From contig AP026162.1 in NCBI GenBank assembly GCA_030295235.1, positions 1,488,001 to 1,552,000 on the forward strand: a stretch of DNA of 64,000 bases. Direction: 5' to 3'. Of the stretch, positions 48,987 through 62,979 are shown one piece after another; the stretch's first letter is position 1, and each line of letters begins with the position of its first letter. This DNA is from Fistulifera solaris. Lineage: Eukaryota. Under the pieces are notes generated by a model, which did no database searches, was not told the DNA's origin, and was given only the letters and a program-made list of their open reading frames with translations. A program made the translations under genes and the position numbers.

Positions 48987-51900
48987 ATGAGTAGCACAAA
49001 GATTGCGGAGCTCGAAGATCGATCGGCATGCGCTGCTTGGTCACCCGTCTCAAGCTACGGTTCTCTCATTGCACTCGGCACTAAGGTAAATCGTTTCCGA
49101 TCATCCATACTGACTATAGCTAATGCTGGACTCGTCTGACTTTTGTCATTCCTCTTTTAGGACTCGGGAGGCGTTTCGTTTGATCAAGATACCGGAGGTA
49201 CTTTGGAGCTTTATGACTCGGAAAAGAATGATATTGTGGGAAGCTTAGTAACAGCAGCACGTTTTTCGAGCTTATTGTGGGTGACTGCTACAGTTGCGTA
49301 TCCAGCGGGGCTCATTGTGGGAGGAATGGCGGATGGAACGCTGCAGATATGGGATGCGCACGCCATGCTCGAGGGCACTGACGCATCGGTAGGATCCGTG
49401 TCGCTCGAATCGACCAACCCCGTCACTGCGCTGGCCGCGAGTCCGTTAGATACACTAAACATTTGTGCCGGAACCTCCAGCGGACAAGTCGTTGTTCTGG
49501 ATTTGTCGTCGCAACCGTTTCAGTGCAAAGACCCTGCGCCGGGTCACAAACACAAGTCAGCGGCCGTGACTGCCGTGGCTTGGAACAGTCAAGTAGCTCA
49601 CATCGTGGCGACGGGGAGTGCCGAAGGAACAGTAACCGTCTGGGATCTCGCTTCGGGAAAACCGTGGTGCGAAATTGCTACCGGATCGGCGGTGGCGGAC
49701 GTGCATTGGAATCCGACGCAGGGCTTGTACCTGGTCACTGCCTCGGCGGAAGATCGCAACCCTGTTCTGTTGCTTTGGGATTTGCGCTCGAGTACAAGCA
49801 TGCCACTGGCAACTCTCACGGGTCATCAATCCGGAATACTGAAGACGGCGTGGTGTCCGCACGATGATGCACTTCTCTTGTCTTGCGCTAGGGATCATCG
49901 TACCATTTTGTGGGATCTATACACGTTACAACCTCTCGCGGACCTCCCCGTGGACTCTACGGCTGTCGCACAACCGCAGCAACAGCAGTCGGCGAATCCC
50001 AGTGCGTTGTTCGCCAGCAAATCATTGAACGATCAGCATTTGCTGCGATATTTTGTGCAGTGGTCAACGATCAAGCGCGGCGTAGCACTGACTTGCTCGC
50101 TGGATCGTAAAGTTCAAGTTCATTCGATTTTGGCGCTGGCAAATAAATCGGGACGGCCACCGGCATGGATGAAACCAAAGTCGTTTGTTTCCACTGGATT
50201 TGGTGGCTTGCTCGTTTCTTCGGCACCGAATAATGTTGTTTCAATTTCGTGCGTTTCGGAAGATGTCGCCCTGGTGAAGCGAGCGATCGACATTGAGACG
50301 TCTTTGGCGTACGGTAGTCCAGCCGACTTTTGTGCGTCGAGGACAGGACATCCTTGGGGCTTTTTGAGTGTCATATTTGCCAGCAATGCTAGACAAGAAC
50401 TTTTGCATCACTTGAAACTGGATGCAAATGAGATTGCTGCAGCGGCCGAAAATCTTTGTCAGGATTTGTCGAAATCTTCGGAGCATTCTTTGCCGCTTCC
50501 GCCGGATCGTGCCTCGAAACATCGAGGCATGACACCGCAAGTTACAAATATCGTCCAGAAAGCGATGATGGTCGGAAATTTCGAGGCAGCAGTCGAATGT
50601 TGTTTCCAAGCAGGGAACTTTGTCGATGCACTTCTTCTCGCATCCTGTGGTGGCAGTGAGCTTTGGTCGAAAACTCAGGAGCGTTACTTTGCTCAGGAGA
50701 CGAACAATAAGCCGTACTTGCCAATAGCTCGAGCTATCTTGCAAGCGAACGGGTTGAGTGATTGGGTTTCAGAGTCCGACTTGAAGGATTGGCAGCAAAC
50801 GTTGGCAATTTTAGCGACTTATGGTCAATCAGAGGAATTTCCACTGCTCTGTACTCTGCTCGGAAACCGGCTTTCTCAACAAGGGGAGCTAGAGTCGGCT
50901 ACCGATTGTTTTATCTGTGCATTGAACCTGACAGACGCAGTACCTTACTGGCAACTGCAAATGGAACGAAAGGCAATTAGTCTGGAAGAGTTCTGTTTGA
51001 GAGTATTCATTTTGCAACAAGCGACACCCCAGACTCCTATCCCGGAATCTGTGGCAATTAATTTCTTCGAGTACGCATTCTCTCTGTCTCAGCAAGGGTT
51101 GCTAGCTACGGCGGCCAAGTACTGTGCCATGGGCGGTGATTCTGAGTCGAACCGGCAGCTAAAGGATAGGTTGTATCGAAGCCGAGCTAGTCCCCGCTGC
51201 TTGGCTGCAATGAAGAATGTTCCACCTGAGTTTCCCTATTCTGCTATGAATTTAACAACGAGTGCTGGGCAATACCTAGTAAATCCTCTGCGTGAACAAC
51301 AGGAACAGCAGCACAATGCCGAAGTGTATTCTCAAACAAGCAGCCACCAAAATTTTCCGCAGCAGACGGAGTCTGTGCAGTCTAGCCAACAGCCATACCA
51401 ACAACCATCGACCCAAAATGGCCAGAACTACGGATCAGACGAGCTACCGGATGGCTGGGTTGCCCTTGTTGACCCTTCAAGCGGCATGACTTACTACGCG
51501 AATCAAAACACCGGAGAGACGACCTGGGAAAAGCCACAGCCGCTAATTACTCAACAACCCTCTCAACAACAACCCTACGCGACTAGTAAAGCAGCAGTCA
51601 CGCCATCCAAGCGAGAAGCAGTCGTCGCTAAGTACGGGGATGGGTTTGTCACGTCTGCGTCACATCCGGAACTTGCTTCGCAGTACGGCAACGTTGGCAC
51701 GAGCAATCCGTATAAAGGCACGGAACGCCCAGGAATCGCCGTGGTGGGTGGAGGCCAAAAGCCACCCATTTCTGGGACGCTCAACTTCGACAATTTCGAA
51801 TTGACGGCTGATCACCATGAGATCAAGGATTCTTTGCTGGGATTGGTTGACGCCTTAAGAAACAATGCACAATTGAATCCTGTTGAGAAGCGTCAGTTGG

Positions 51901-52130
51901 CAGAAACTGAGAAAGCGATAGCAATATTAGTAAAGAAAATGGCACGCGGTGAATTGGCGGAAGACACAACAAGCAAGGTGTACTCTATGGTTGGAGCCGT
52001 TAATAATTCGGACCTCGTTTCGGCATCGTTGGTTCAGACTGATTTGGCAAATCACGACTGGAGAGACCACAAGGATTGGCTAAAAGGTATCAAGTTGCTG
52101 ATTCAGCTTGGAGTCAAAAAGTTTACTTAA
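48987..52130 (+). CDS. SEC31: COPII coat protein SEC31 with an internal WW domain; intron 49086-49160
   Basis: GLIVGGMADG, AWNSQVAHIVA, WNPTQGLYLVTAS, WDLRSSTSMP, WCPHD..LLLSC..D, PPAWM, GFGG, ALLLASCGGSELW. Confidence 0.93.
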
Positions 52131-52287
52131 TTGTAGCAATATACTTTTACCGATTTAATGAGACAAGACTAGTAGGTAGAAATCTTTGGTGAAATACTTT
52201 GGGCACTTTACGAATGCGCTCGCTTTTAGACTTGAAATTCTCCAAAGCAGCCTATGAGTAACAGCCGAGGTCGTTCAACTTCACGCA

Positions 52288-55200
52288 TTACATCTTTTTC
52301 CGTTTCGGGATGGAAAATTTGCTTGAATCAGGCGATCCTTTTCGTTTCTTAGGGACGTGAACCGCTTTCATATCATCTTGGCTTTTCAAACGATCGAATA
52401 TTACTAGTTCGCGAGTAAATCGTTGCTTGTCCCACTCCGTCCATTCACGCCAAACAGCCTTGTCGTCTTCGGAGAGTTTCGTCCATCGATCCTTTAGCAT
52501 ACCATTCAAGATAGCTTTGTCCTTCCTGTCTTCGATAGGCAAAGAGTTCTTTACTTCTTTTCGCGTCCTGATGCAAAATTGTGTGAATGGTTTCTTCCAT
52601 TCAAGGGGAGGTTCGCTTCCATCGTATTTGGGAAACTCCACAAATTCGCCTTGCACTACTGCGCCATCTTCATTTTCTTTGGCAGGGTTATTTTCATTTC
52701 TACTTATTGGTCGATGACCCTCCACGTCCTCTTCAACTTTCTGTACCTCCTCACGTTTATCGGGAAGAACTCGAGCAACAGCCGCGCCTTCATTGAGCTC
52801 CTTCAAACGTTTCTGTAAGTTACCGATTTGAGCGCTCAGGTCATCAACTTTTTCTTGAGCTCTTGTTGATGCAGTTCAGCCTCCATGCGCTCTTTTTGGA
52901 TTCTTTGTCGAAGAAGGACTCGGTGCTTAGGTAACTGCACGGGTGCGAGCTCTCCAGATTGATCAGGCTCAGTTGGAAAACCATTGTCTTCGCGATATTT
53001 CCTCTCTAGCTGCTCAACCTCCTTTTCAGCAGCTTTCATCAGCTGTTCACATCTTCTCCCTATCTGCTCCACGGGCAAGCTACGTAAAAGTAGTCAAATC
53101 GAAACAGGGGGTTTCGACGGATCGCCAATTTTATGGCTTGCCACTGACCGTAGCCATACTGAATGACCATTTACGTTAGTGCAGTGCAAAAAAGCACGTC
53201 AAGGTAGGTTAGAGCTTACCTTACGTGCCCAGCAAAGAAGATATCTGTCCTCGTCCACAGTGAACATTTTATCTTTGCAATTGATGTGCGTAAACTCCAA
53301 CTCTTTCCAAGGATTGTCGAAAAGAGAGACAAGAATTTTTGTACCGCGCTCGAGTCCTTTGATTTCCTCTATCTTCTTTTCTCCACGTTCGATGAGCTTC
53401 ACAACTCGGTCGTACTCGTGTTCGGATATGCGTGATTTACCGATATCTCCCCAGAACGCATCAGTAAATTCTTTGACGGCCTGCTCTGATTTCGATAATT
53501 CGAGTGCAATTTTGCTTAAAGCATTTTCTCTACCGAACTTAGCACTTAGTTTGATGAACGTTGCGAAGTCGTGACGTTTCCAATCTGAAAAACCCTCCAA
53601 GAGCAGTTGATCCTTTTCAGCTTGTCTTTCGGTAGAAAGAAGCGGTGGTAACTCAAAAGGAATCTTTTCTTCGTCTCCTATGGGAGCATCCTCTAAAGAA
53701 TCACTTTGTTCCGATTTCGAATGCTCGTTTAAAGCCATTTTTTGCTGCTCTTCTGGAAGACTTTTGAATGCATCCTCTTCTTCTTCCTGAATTTTCAGCA
53801 ATCGCGGCCTGTCATACATCTGCCACTCTTCCATCCTTGGAAGTCGTAGGTGCTTCGGTAACTTTAAGGCCTTCTTCTTCTTTGGCTTTTGCGTGATATT
53901 CCCTTGCATTGCAGCAACTTGCCGCTGGTACAATGAATTTTCGTTGTAATTCGCCTCCTTCCTTTCCCGCTTACCTAAATCAAAAATACCTAGCATTTCT
54001 TTGCGGGCCTGAGCAAGTGAATAATCCACCCCTTCGAAGGTTTGCACGGACGATCCATCGAGCTTGAAGTCGAGAAGATCACCTTTGTCCGCAGCTTTTA
54101 GCTTTTCATTCATTTCCTCAGTCTTTCGCTTCCCCGCTTGAAGAATTAAATCAATGTCGTCATCAGTAATGGATGAGTCTTTACTTTTGAAAATTTTATC
54201 CGCTCCAAAACGAACAGCAGCAAGCAATTCGTCCCTCGACAGTTTGTCTTTCTCTTTTAGCCGCCCTGACTGGACTACCATCGCATCGAGCTTAAGCTTT
54301 TGCTGAGCTCTTTCTACAATCTTTTCCTCGATCGTATGCTCAGTGACGAAACGAAACACTTGAACTGGTTTCTTCTGTCCGATTCGATGCGCACGATCTT
54401 GCGCTTGAAGATCAGCCTGTGGATTCCAGTCGCTGTCGTACAAAATGACAACATCTGCAGTTTGTAAATTGATTCCTAAAGTTGCAAAATGTGAGGATCT
54501 GCAAAATGTCTTATCAGTTTGCAGGCGCGACGCTCGTACCTAATCCACCAGCACGTGTTGAAAGCAGAAAAATAAACTTCTCGGAGTCAGGAGCATTATA
54601 GGCATCAATATATTCCTCACGATCTTCGTGCGACGTATTACCGTCGATTCGGCAATACGGGAACCTTCTCATCACTAAATAATCTTCCATGATATCCAAA
54701 ACTCTGGTCATCTGCGTGAACAACAGAACACGATGTCCCAACTCTCGCATCCGCTTTAAAAGCTTATCTAGAAGAACCATTTTGCCACAATTTTCAACCA
54801 AATGTTCACCTAAAGGCGGCAGCGTCCGATCTTCGACTCCGGGAAAAAGATAGGGATGCCCAGCGCATTTACGAAGTTGCATGACAATGTTGAGGATGGC
54901 AGTCCGACTTCCGGAGGTGCCTTGAATAGCATCGATGTCTCGAATGAGAATGTCGCGATAGAGTTTCTTTTGCATGGCACTCATACCTGTGAAAAGGATA
55001 GTCTCGTGCTTTGGCGGAAGTGACTTCTCTACATCAACTTTCAGTCGGCGAAGCATAAAGGGTCTCAGAATTTTGTGTAGCTGTGATATCAGCTTGTTTT
55101 TCTCGTCATTGTCTTCAATATCCAGATTGAACCATTCGCTTTTGTGCCAGGCGTAAGATAATGATCGAGCAACTTTATCCTTTCAACCTAGGTACTTACT

Positions 55201-56770
55201 CAAATTGTTCGGCACTCTCAAATACATCAGGAACGAGAAAATTCAACAGAGCCCATAGTTCGTGTAAAGAGTTTTGAAGAGGGGTACCCGTCAGAAGAAT
55301 GCGATGTCGTGTCTCAAACATTCTCACAGTCTTTGAGAAGGCCGATGCTTCATTCTTTAATCTATGGGCTTCGTCGATTATCAGATAGCACCAAGCGAAT
55401 TTACCCAGTGTCGTTTTTTCAATATTGCAGACTTCGTATGTCGTGACACAAACGTTCCATTCCCTATTCTCATCTCTCTGGGCAGGTTCTAAATGGGTTT
55501 TAATGATGTCCTCTCGTGTCGCTTTGTCTCCGTGAAACCGAATAGCCGTCAACGTAGGAGCCCACCTTTTGAGCTCGTTCATCCAATTGCTGAGGGTACT
55601 CTTCGGCACGACAATCAAATGGGGCCCAGTCACCAGCTGGCATTCCAGCATGTAAACAAGAATGGATATCGATTGCAGAGTCTTACCAAGTCCCATTTCT
55701 ACCATAACGCCGACTTTGTCAGAACAATTGCTGATGAAGACCAACAACTGGCAGCTAATACGTACCGTCAGCAAGGATTCCGTTAACTCCATTTTCCTGT
55801 AATCGAATCATCCAGTTCAAGCCTTCAAGTTGATACGGTCTCATCTTTCCGTGTCCTAACGTTACGGGTTGGGCTGTTAAACGGGTCGCTTCATGCTCGT
55901 CTGCCTCTTCTAAAGCGTCTGTTGCGTCTTTTCCTTCTCCGTCGTCATCGCCAGCAATTATTCGCCGTGTAGTCGTTTCGCCCTCTTTCCGATCTATTTT
56001 TTTAATACCGTACTTTGCAGTGTCTTCTTTGACACGTCCAAAATGAGAAAAGATGTTTCCGCCCTGCTGCAAGAGGTATTCCAGCCGCTTTTTAGCTTGT
56101 GCCGATCGTTCTTTTCGAAGAACATCTTGTCGACCAATGATGTATTCTTCTTTATCTTGCTTTTCTTGCTTGAGTTTGGCACGATACTCCAGTTGTTTCT
56201 GCGTAGCCTCCCGACTGCGTGATGGCTGCGATTTTTTAGCCTTCTTTACTTTCTTTCTACCACTTCCATCGTCGTCGCCATCGTCGTCCGACGACGACTC
56301 GTCACTCGAATTCCATGATGCCTCCGAAGAATCCTCCGAGTCTCTATCTTGCCGATCCCCCCGACTTTCGTTTTCGTTTCTCTTCTCTCCTTTGCTTTTT
56401 TATCGAGTCGCCCTCGTGTCAATCGTTTTCCGGAATCGTCTATGAGCAGCTCATTTCTTCCCTGCAACAACTTGTCACGACGTTCCAAAGCCGCCACATC
56501 GGCCGCATGAGACTCTTGCGCAAAGCGTGTGACATCCTCACGATGCAAAGCTTCGTAATACTCCTTCTTCTCGTCCGAAAGATTGTTCCATTTCTCTTTG
56601 ACAATTCGTCCATATTCGGCAATATCCACTTTGCCGTATTCGTCACGAATTTGTTGCGCGATGTCTTTCTGAAAGAAATGATACGCCGAAGTTGCTTTCC
56701 GAATTTCGTTTGCTGGCGGAGCAAACTCGGGCTGAACCGCCACCCAATCCGAGCGATCTTCTTTGGGCAT
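52288..56770 (-). CDS. ISWI: ISWI-family SNF2 chromatin remodeller with N- and C-terminal HMG boxes; introns 55699-55765, 55139-55199, 54476-54539, 53159-53219; indels near 56370, 56070 and 52838
   Basis: [26 protein letters not shown] (spliced), [62 protein letters not shown]...[10 protein letters not shown]. Confidence 0.95.
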
Positions 56771-57255
56771 GACTGATAAAGTAGATGAAGATGGACTGGA
56801 CCACTATTTGCACATAAGAAGAGTCGTCCTAATTGCGATGTGAACGAGCGTTGTTGCCCTCGTTTCGTCAATATTTGGTTGGATTTTTTGTGCCCCCGTG
56901 CCATCCAGCATCCAGCATCGCTATTACTGTACAAAAACGAAGTGCGTGCAGCTGGGTGCATTTTTTCGAAGTCATGGATCGTGTTGGCGTTTTGTACTTA
57001 GGTCTTTTATTTCTACTATAGCCGTAAACCTACTGATTACATCTTGTCCGGTACTAAATTGTAATACTACAAAGCGTCTTTGTCCTTGCCGCCGACCGTC
57101 GTCGATTGCCGAAAACTTTCTCCGCCGTACTTTTTTTGCCGCGTCGGGTATTTTTTCTTTTTGTCATTGTTGTTGTCATTCCTTGCGATGATCTAACGCA
57201 TCAGGAAGGTTTTCCCCAAAGAATGCCATTCATTCGATAACAAAAGTCTTTTCAA

Positions 57256-58476
57256 ATGAACGGCGTTTCACCAAGTCGCGTAAAAACTCCACCGGAGGCT
57301 CCTTACTTCTTTGTAACAGCCTCGGGCGCGCAAGCTATCCGGAAATTTCAATACTCGGGGCAAGACAATTCACTGCTCTACAAGTATATTTTATCACCAC
57401 TGGCTCAATATTTCGTAGACAACTGGACTCCTCGAACGGTCGCTCCGAATGCAATCACTGTTCTCGGTCTCGTGCTCATGTTTCTGTCCTACGCGATTCA
57501 ATACTGGTTCGCACCCACCATGGTCGCGACGCAAGAAACACCGGGATGGATCCACTTGTTTCACGGAATTGCGATGCTCATTTATCAGACACTCGATAAT
57601 ATGGACGGAAAACAAGCCCGGCGTACATCTTCGAGCAGCCCAGTGGGACAACTGGTCGATCACGGCTGTGATTCCATCAATAGCATGTTCGGCTCGGCCG
57701 GATGGATTCTCGGAATGGCACTGATTCCGAGTGAAGAGAAGCTCGTCAGCTGGATGGTTGTCTTTATTCCTTTAGCTATCTTCTTCAGCACGACGATGGA
57801 AGAGTATTTTACGGGAAGTTTACGCCTGCCGGCGTTCAATGGTCCCAACGAGGGATTGCTCGGTGGAGCCCTGTTGAGCTTCTCGGCGTGGTATTCGGGG
57901 CCACATATTTGGCAACAACGTCAACCGTGGACCACCATTCTCTTTTCATGGTATCATCCCGAAGGGTTACGGCTACTGGAGTTGCTGTTCTTGGTCGGTG
58001 CACCCGTATTTCTGCTCGAGATTGTTCGAACAACCGTGCGCCTTGGTCAGCAATACGGAACGCGGAAAGTGTTACAGGTATTCTCTCCATTTCTTTGTTT
58101 AGCATCTTGTACTCTGGTGATCGGCTGTATTGATTGCGACGTCTTTTTGCGTGTTCCTCGAACATTGCTGCACTTGATATGTGCCCTCTTTGTTGAGATG
58201 ACGACCCACCTCATGTTCTCGCACATGACCCAGCAGCCGTATTACGGCTTTCGGTGGACCCTATTGCCACTGCTGTTCCTGACCACCGCTGTGGCAATGG
58301 GGAATATGCAAGCCAGTGCGTCGACGGATCTGTTTTTGTTCGCTTACGCGGCAGCGGCGATCACCTGGACGGTGACGAAAATTGCCGTTGTTCTGCACGA
58401 ATTTTGCTACATTTTGCAAATCTGGTGTTTTGACATCACAACACCGCGAATAACGAGCGACACAAAACAACCTTAA
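57256..58476 (+). CDS. Choline/ethanolamine phosphotransferase (CDP-alcohol phosphatidyltransferase)
   Basis: YSGQDNSLLYKYIL, APNAITVLG, YQTLDNMDGKQARRTSSSSPVGQLVDHGCD, NGPNEG. Confidence 0.93.
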   Translation: MNGVSPSRVKTPPEAPYFFVTASGAQAIRKFQYSGQDNSLLYKYILSPLAQYFVDNWTPRTVAPNAITVLGLVLMFLSYAIQYWFAPTMVATQETPGWIHLFHGIAMLIYQTLDNMDGKQARRTSSSSPVGQLVDHGCDSINSMFGSAGWILGMALIPSEEKLVSWMVVFIPLAIFFSTTMEEYFTGSLRLPAFNGPNEGLLGGALLSFSAWYSGPHIWQQRQPWTTILFSWYHPEGLRLLELLFLVGAPVFLLEIVRTTVRLGQQYGTRKVLQVFSPFLCLASCTLVIGCIDCDVFLRVPRTLLHLICALFVEMTTHLMFSHMTQQPYYGFRWTLLPLLFLTTAVAMGNMQASASTDLFLFAYAAAAITWTVTKIAVVLHEFCYILQIWCFDITTPRITSDTKQP

Positions 58477-58582
58477 TAACAAAAAACTATAATTTGTTAC
58501 GTTCTTACTACTAGAAAATATTCTGACTCTTTATATCTCTTCATATTTTTTGTCATTTACCTTCAAAAGGCATGCAAAATAA

Positions 58583-60158
58583 TTAGGTCATGGTGACCAT
58601 TTTCCCTGTGTACACATCCATCTTCTGGACAGCTTGCGATCTACGCTCCATTTCGTCGAAATCAATGTGAGACGGTCGCTTCGTCAGGGCCCCTGTTCCA
58701 TCATCGTGTCCATCCATTTTGTCATGGGGTGCAATTCCAGCCAACCGAAGAATCGTTTTTAAGATATACGTTGTCTCCTGAGGGTTAATGATCCAGATGC
58801 AGGGACTGACATCTCGGGCTGCGTAATCGTTTCCCGTGTTCAGGAACTGATCCCCAATGTGCAAGCTGCGTTCCGGGGTGATTCCCAAATACGACTGTAA
58901 TATTTGCACTCCAACTCGTTTGTTGCCGACATCGACCCACGCATCCGTGCCACCGTTAAACGCACAATACGGTAGTCCGGGACCTTCTCCATTCCGCATT
59001 TTCCTGAGCGCTTCGTGCGATCTCAAAACCGTCTCGTCCAGACTTTCTCGAGAAATTTCCGTTTGCTTTCCTGGTTCGAGTGGCACCAATCCGACGGATC
59101 GCTTCTTTCGAATGGCACGAGCCTTCAAATTCAGCTCAGATATAGTATACTCAACGGTCGCCATGGCTGAATCTAGCAAGTTGGAGATATCCTGCTCGCT
59201 CCAGTTCGCTGGAGAATCTTTCAAGGATTGCGTGGCGGTAAGCCATCCGCTGGGACCCTCCTCGGGGACAGGAACCAATCGATAATCGGGACCCAGTCGA
59301 AGCAAGTAGTTGCATTCTCCGCCAAACAAGTAAAAGCGATTGCACTCTTCCGGAGTCAGCTGTTTGTTTTCGAAGTATCGAAGCAATCCGGAGATGCGGT
59401 ATTCGTACTTTTCGACATTGTACTCGTAGCCGGCCGCCGTCACAATCGCGACAGCCACTCCATGACGGAGTAACGTGTAGAGTTGATGCGCTAATTTTGG
59501 GTTGCTTTCAAAGTTGGCCCCGTCGGAATAGAGAGTTTGATCCCCATCGAAACTGATGAGCTGTGGGCCGTGAAATGTTCCTATCGTCTCGCCATCATTC
59601 CGACCGTCTTGACTGCATTTCTCACTGGATCCCGAAGATTCATCGTCTTGAATGTCACTGAATGCCCGCAAAATCTTCCGACGATCCGAAAAGGCCATGA
59701 TCTGTGCCAAATTGAGAATGTGACGCAGCTCGTTGAACGAGATTTGGATGTGTTTCCGTTTGGTGAGTTTGTGTTTGTCGTTGTAGGCTTCAAAGGCATC
59801 CCGAAGGGGCAAAGGTGTATGGAATGTTCCGATGGTCGGTACGAGCTGCTGTAGACGGGACGGCTGCGGACTATCCTGACGCTCTCGGTGCTCGTCGATG
59901 AGTGTTTCGAAATGTTCAAAGGTATCCGCCCCGGTCGTCTCGAGTGAATCTAAAACAAACGAATGCTGCAACATCGATTTCATCCTGCCATTGATAGCGG
60001 AAAAAGCAGCATTGCAAAAATGATGTATAAGAAAGGTTCAAAATCAAAGTAATATTAAAAATAAAGCCAATTCAGTTGGAAGGACGCTTACCATTCGACG
60101 AGACCGTCGCGCCTGTGAGGCGTCAAAGGTAATTGCGTCTTCGGGACGAAAACGACAT
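58583..60158 (-). CDS. ISN1: IMP-specific 5'-nucleotidase; intron 59985-60091; indel near 60125
   Basis: HRRDGLVEW-MKSML.HSFVL, SFNELRHILNLAQI, FDGDQTLYSDG, VTAAGY, GGECNYL, CAFNGG.DAWVDVGNK, LHIGDQF..GND. Confidence 0.93.
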
Positions 60159-61325
60159 CTTTGCTATTTCCGAAGACTTGTCTTCAACACTTATTGCTTC
60201 TCTTATCAATTCTATTCAGAAATCTACTGATCATTACCAGGTACTTTGAAATAAAGTAGATTGTTTCAACAGGATGTGTTGTCAATTGGCTTATTTTGAC
60301 GTCTTTTTGCAAAAGTTCTTGCCTCGCGGAAGAAGAATCTTCTCGCGGAACCGCTCGGACTCGGAACTGTCATTCAGTCACACGGATGGAAACACGATCA
60401 CTACTATTTATTTCTAATTTCCCGGAGTCAGAATGCACTTTTGACATTCGACTAGTAAATTTTCCATTGTTCTTTTCATTTTTCAGATACTCCGATGATT
60501 ACAGTCCATAAGCAACATCTGCGCGACCTACTTTGTATAGACTCTAGGTCTACCTGGTACGGAGATGCTCACTCCAACTTCGTTGTGAAGCAATCTGAAA
60601 ATTTTTGCATCGTAGTGAAGATAGAATTCAGCTAACGAAGTTTGACCGATCATAGAATAGGTTGTCAGTCTGGCTCATCTAAACGACAACTCATGACTCC
60701 TCATGACAGAATGCAATGAGTAAGAACCTATAAGGAGAAGGAGGTGGCAAGTGTAATACAGTGACCATTGACCATCAGCAGCATCAGTCAGTCTCTTCCG
60801 AAAGTATAGTGCAGAAAAAACTTTCAGTCCTGTGTCTCAGTCCCTATGTCTTCTGGTACAAATATTTACGCAGCCTACGTACAACCCATTTTACGTGGCA
60901 GGCTTTTCGACGTAAAATATACAATGACGTGTAATGCGAGCGCTGCTAACGCCATTCGCATCGCAACAACGACAAAGGTTTTTTTTTCTGCATGAACGAA
61001 TTAGACTATGGGCATCATCGCTTGATCATCGTCGCTCGAAAGAATTTTGATTTATGACTGAATGCAATCATAGAAAAGGTCACATACACTTTTGACGATA
61101 TTGAATACTGAAGTATACGAGACTGAATACCGCATAGAATCACACCGGTAAAGCCGAGCTTTTTTCGTACTACGTAATAATAATCGCGAGAGGGGCGCAT
61201 TATACCTGGTACTATGCGGTACCTTGTATCTTTCGTCTCATCGAAGGAAAAGCACTCACTAATCACTAAATCTTACAAGGTATTTGACGGAAGATTCTTG
61301 CATTACTCGCACACTTACACGACAC

Positions 61326-62734
61326 ATGTCCACGTGGTCCGTTCAGCTAGCCGTGTACGATCTTTCACAAGGCATGGCGCGCGGCCTTTCCGCTCAATTT
61401 CTAGGCCCCGCACACGCCATTGATATTATTCCGCATACGGGCATTGTCGTTTACGGCCGAGAATACTTTTTCGGGGGAGGCATTCAAAGTGAACCTCCGG
61501 ACCTATTTCGCAGAAATACAGGATTGTATCCTATTCAAATCATACCGCTGGGAACGACGACTGTAACGCAAACCGAATTCGAACGATGGTGTGCTACTAC
61601 GATGGCATCGGGACAGTACAGTGCGGCTGCTTATGACTTGCTGTCTCGAAATTGCAACAATTTTAGTCACGACGCTGCTTTACAGGGATTAAGAATGTCT
61701 ACGGGAGTCCCTCAATGGATTTTAGATGTTCCAAGTCGATTTCTTTCGTCACCGATGGGGCAGCTGGTGCGGCCCATGCTACAAAATATGCAACTGACCA
61801 GTGTAGAGGGAGCCCAACCTGTCGGAAATGCAGTACCAATTGCGACGGCTCCTCCTGCATTGAATCCCTGGGTAAATATTTCTCCGCCGACCGAAACAAA
61901 CCTTTCTCGCCTGCTCGAAACTCCTACTCTCGACGCATTTTCCAAGCCGTTATTGGCAAATGACAAAAGCACGGTGCCATTGTGCATCAAGAAAGTTCGA
62001 GCGTGTCTAGGAGAGTTAGAGCAGAATGCGTTAGATCGCTTTTACAGCTTATGGTCTAATGGCGAGCCAATCGATTCGCACCTTTCAAAGGATGTTTGCG
62101 ACTCCATCTGCACTTGCTTCACGACAGATCCATCGGTTTTATCATTCGCACTCATGTTGTTCCGTGTCATTATTTTGACGGCAAAGGCGGAGGATATGCT
62201 GGATTGCCTAAACTGGATTCGATCAAACCTTGGGTCAGTAGAGAGTCCACTTCACACGTCGACAGCGGCACGTGCACTGGCTTGGACTTGTCTTGCTAAT
62301 TGGATGTCTAAAACCTCAAAAGAGTCATCATTTGTAGACGAGTTGATTGATCTGGCTATAGCGGATTTACCACATGCTTCACAACCGCGTCCTGAAGTCA
62401 GGCAAGCCGCGAGTGCCTTCCTTTTAACACTTTCTTGATGAGAATACAAGGTGTTGAATATCTAGATAACGAGATATCCGATGCCGAAGTAACCTTGCTC
62501 TGTAGTGTTTTGGAGAGTATCACAGAAGAGCCGGATGCATTGGTCCAGTTACGCCGTCTAATGATTGCTGGGCGCATCCTCAAGCCTCGAACAGCTGTTA
62601 AAACGTCAACAGTTAGTCTGGTGCAAGATCTAGGACTCGTGGAAGCGATAAGAGCAATTTCTCTGAAGTCACCTGAGTGCAAAATCGACGAGCAGTGTAA
62701 AGCGCTGGCTACTGATCTTATACAAATACTATGA
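61326..62734 (+). CDS. PPPDE/DeSI desumoylating isopeptidase with a C-terminal PUL-like ARM region; indel near 62425
   Basis: VQLAVYDLSQGMA, HTGIVVYGREYFFGGGI, YDLLSRNCNNFS, VPQWILDVP, SPMGQLVRPML. Confidence 0.88.
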
Positions 62735-62979
62735 CACGTGAAATAGCGACTGTGGTATACTCCGTGAAGTCATAAGGACATGTTAGACAGCTTTAGTCTC
62801 ACTAATGAAAAAATCTAATTTTTACTTGTCACGCGATTAAGTTTTCGAAAAGATTGCTGCGCACTTGAAGCCGAAACACAGCAAGCTGGTTGACATTCGC
62901 CATCCAAAACACGCTGAAGGATTGCGGCTCAGAAGATGCAAAATCCATGGTACACCTTGTACGCACTTAATCCAATGAT

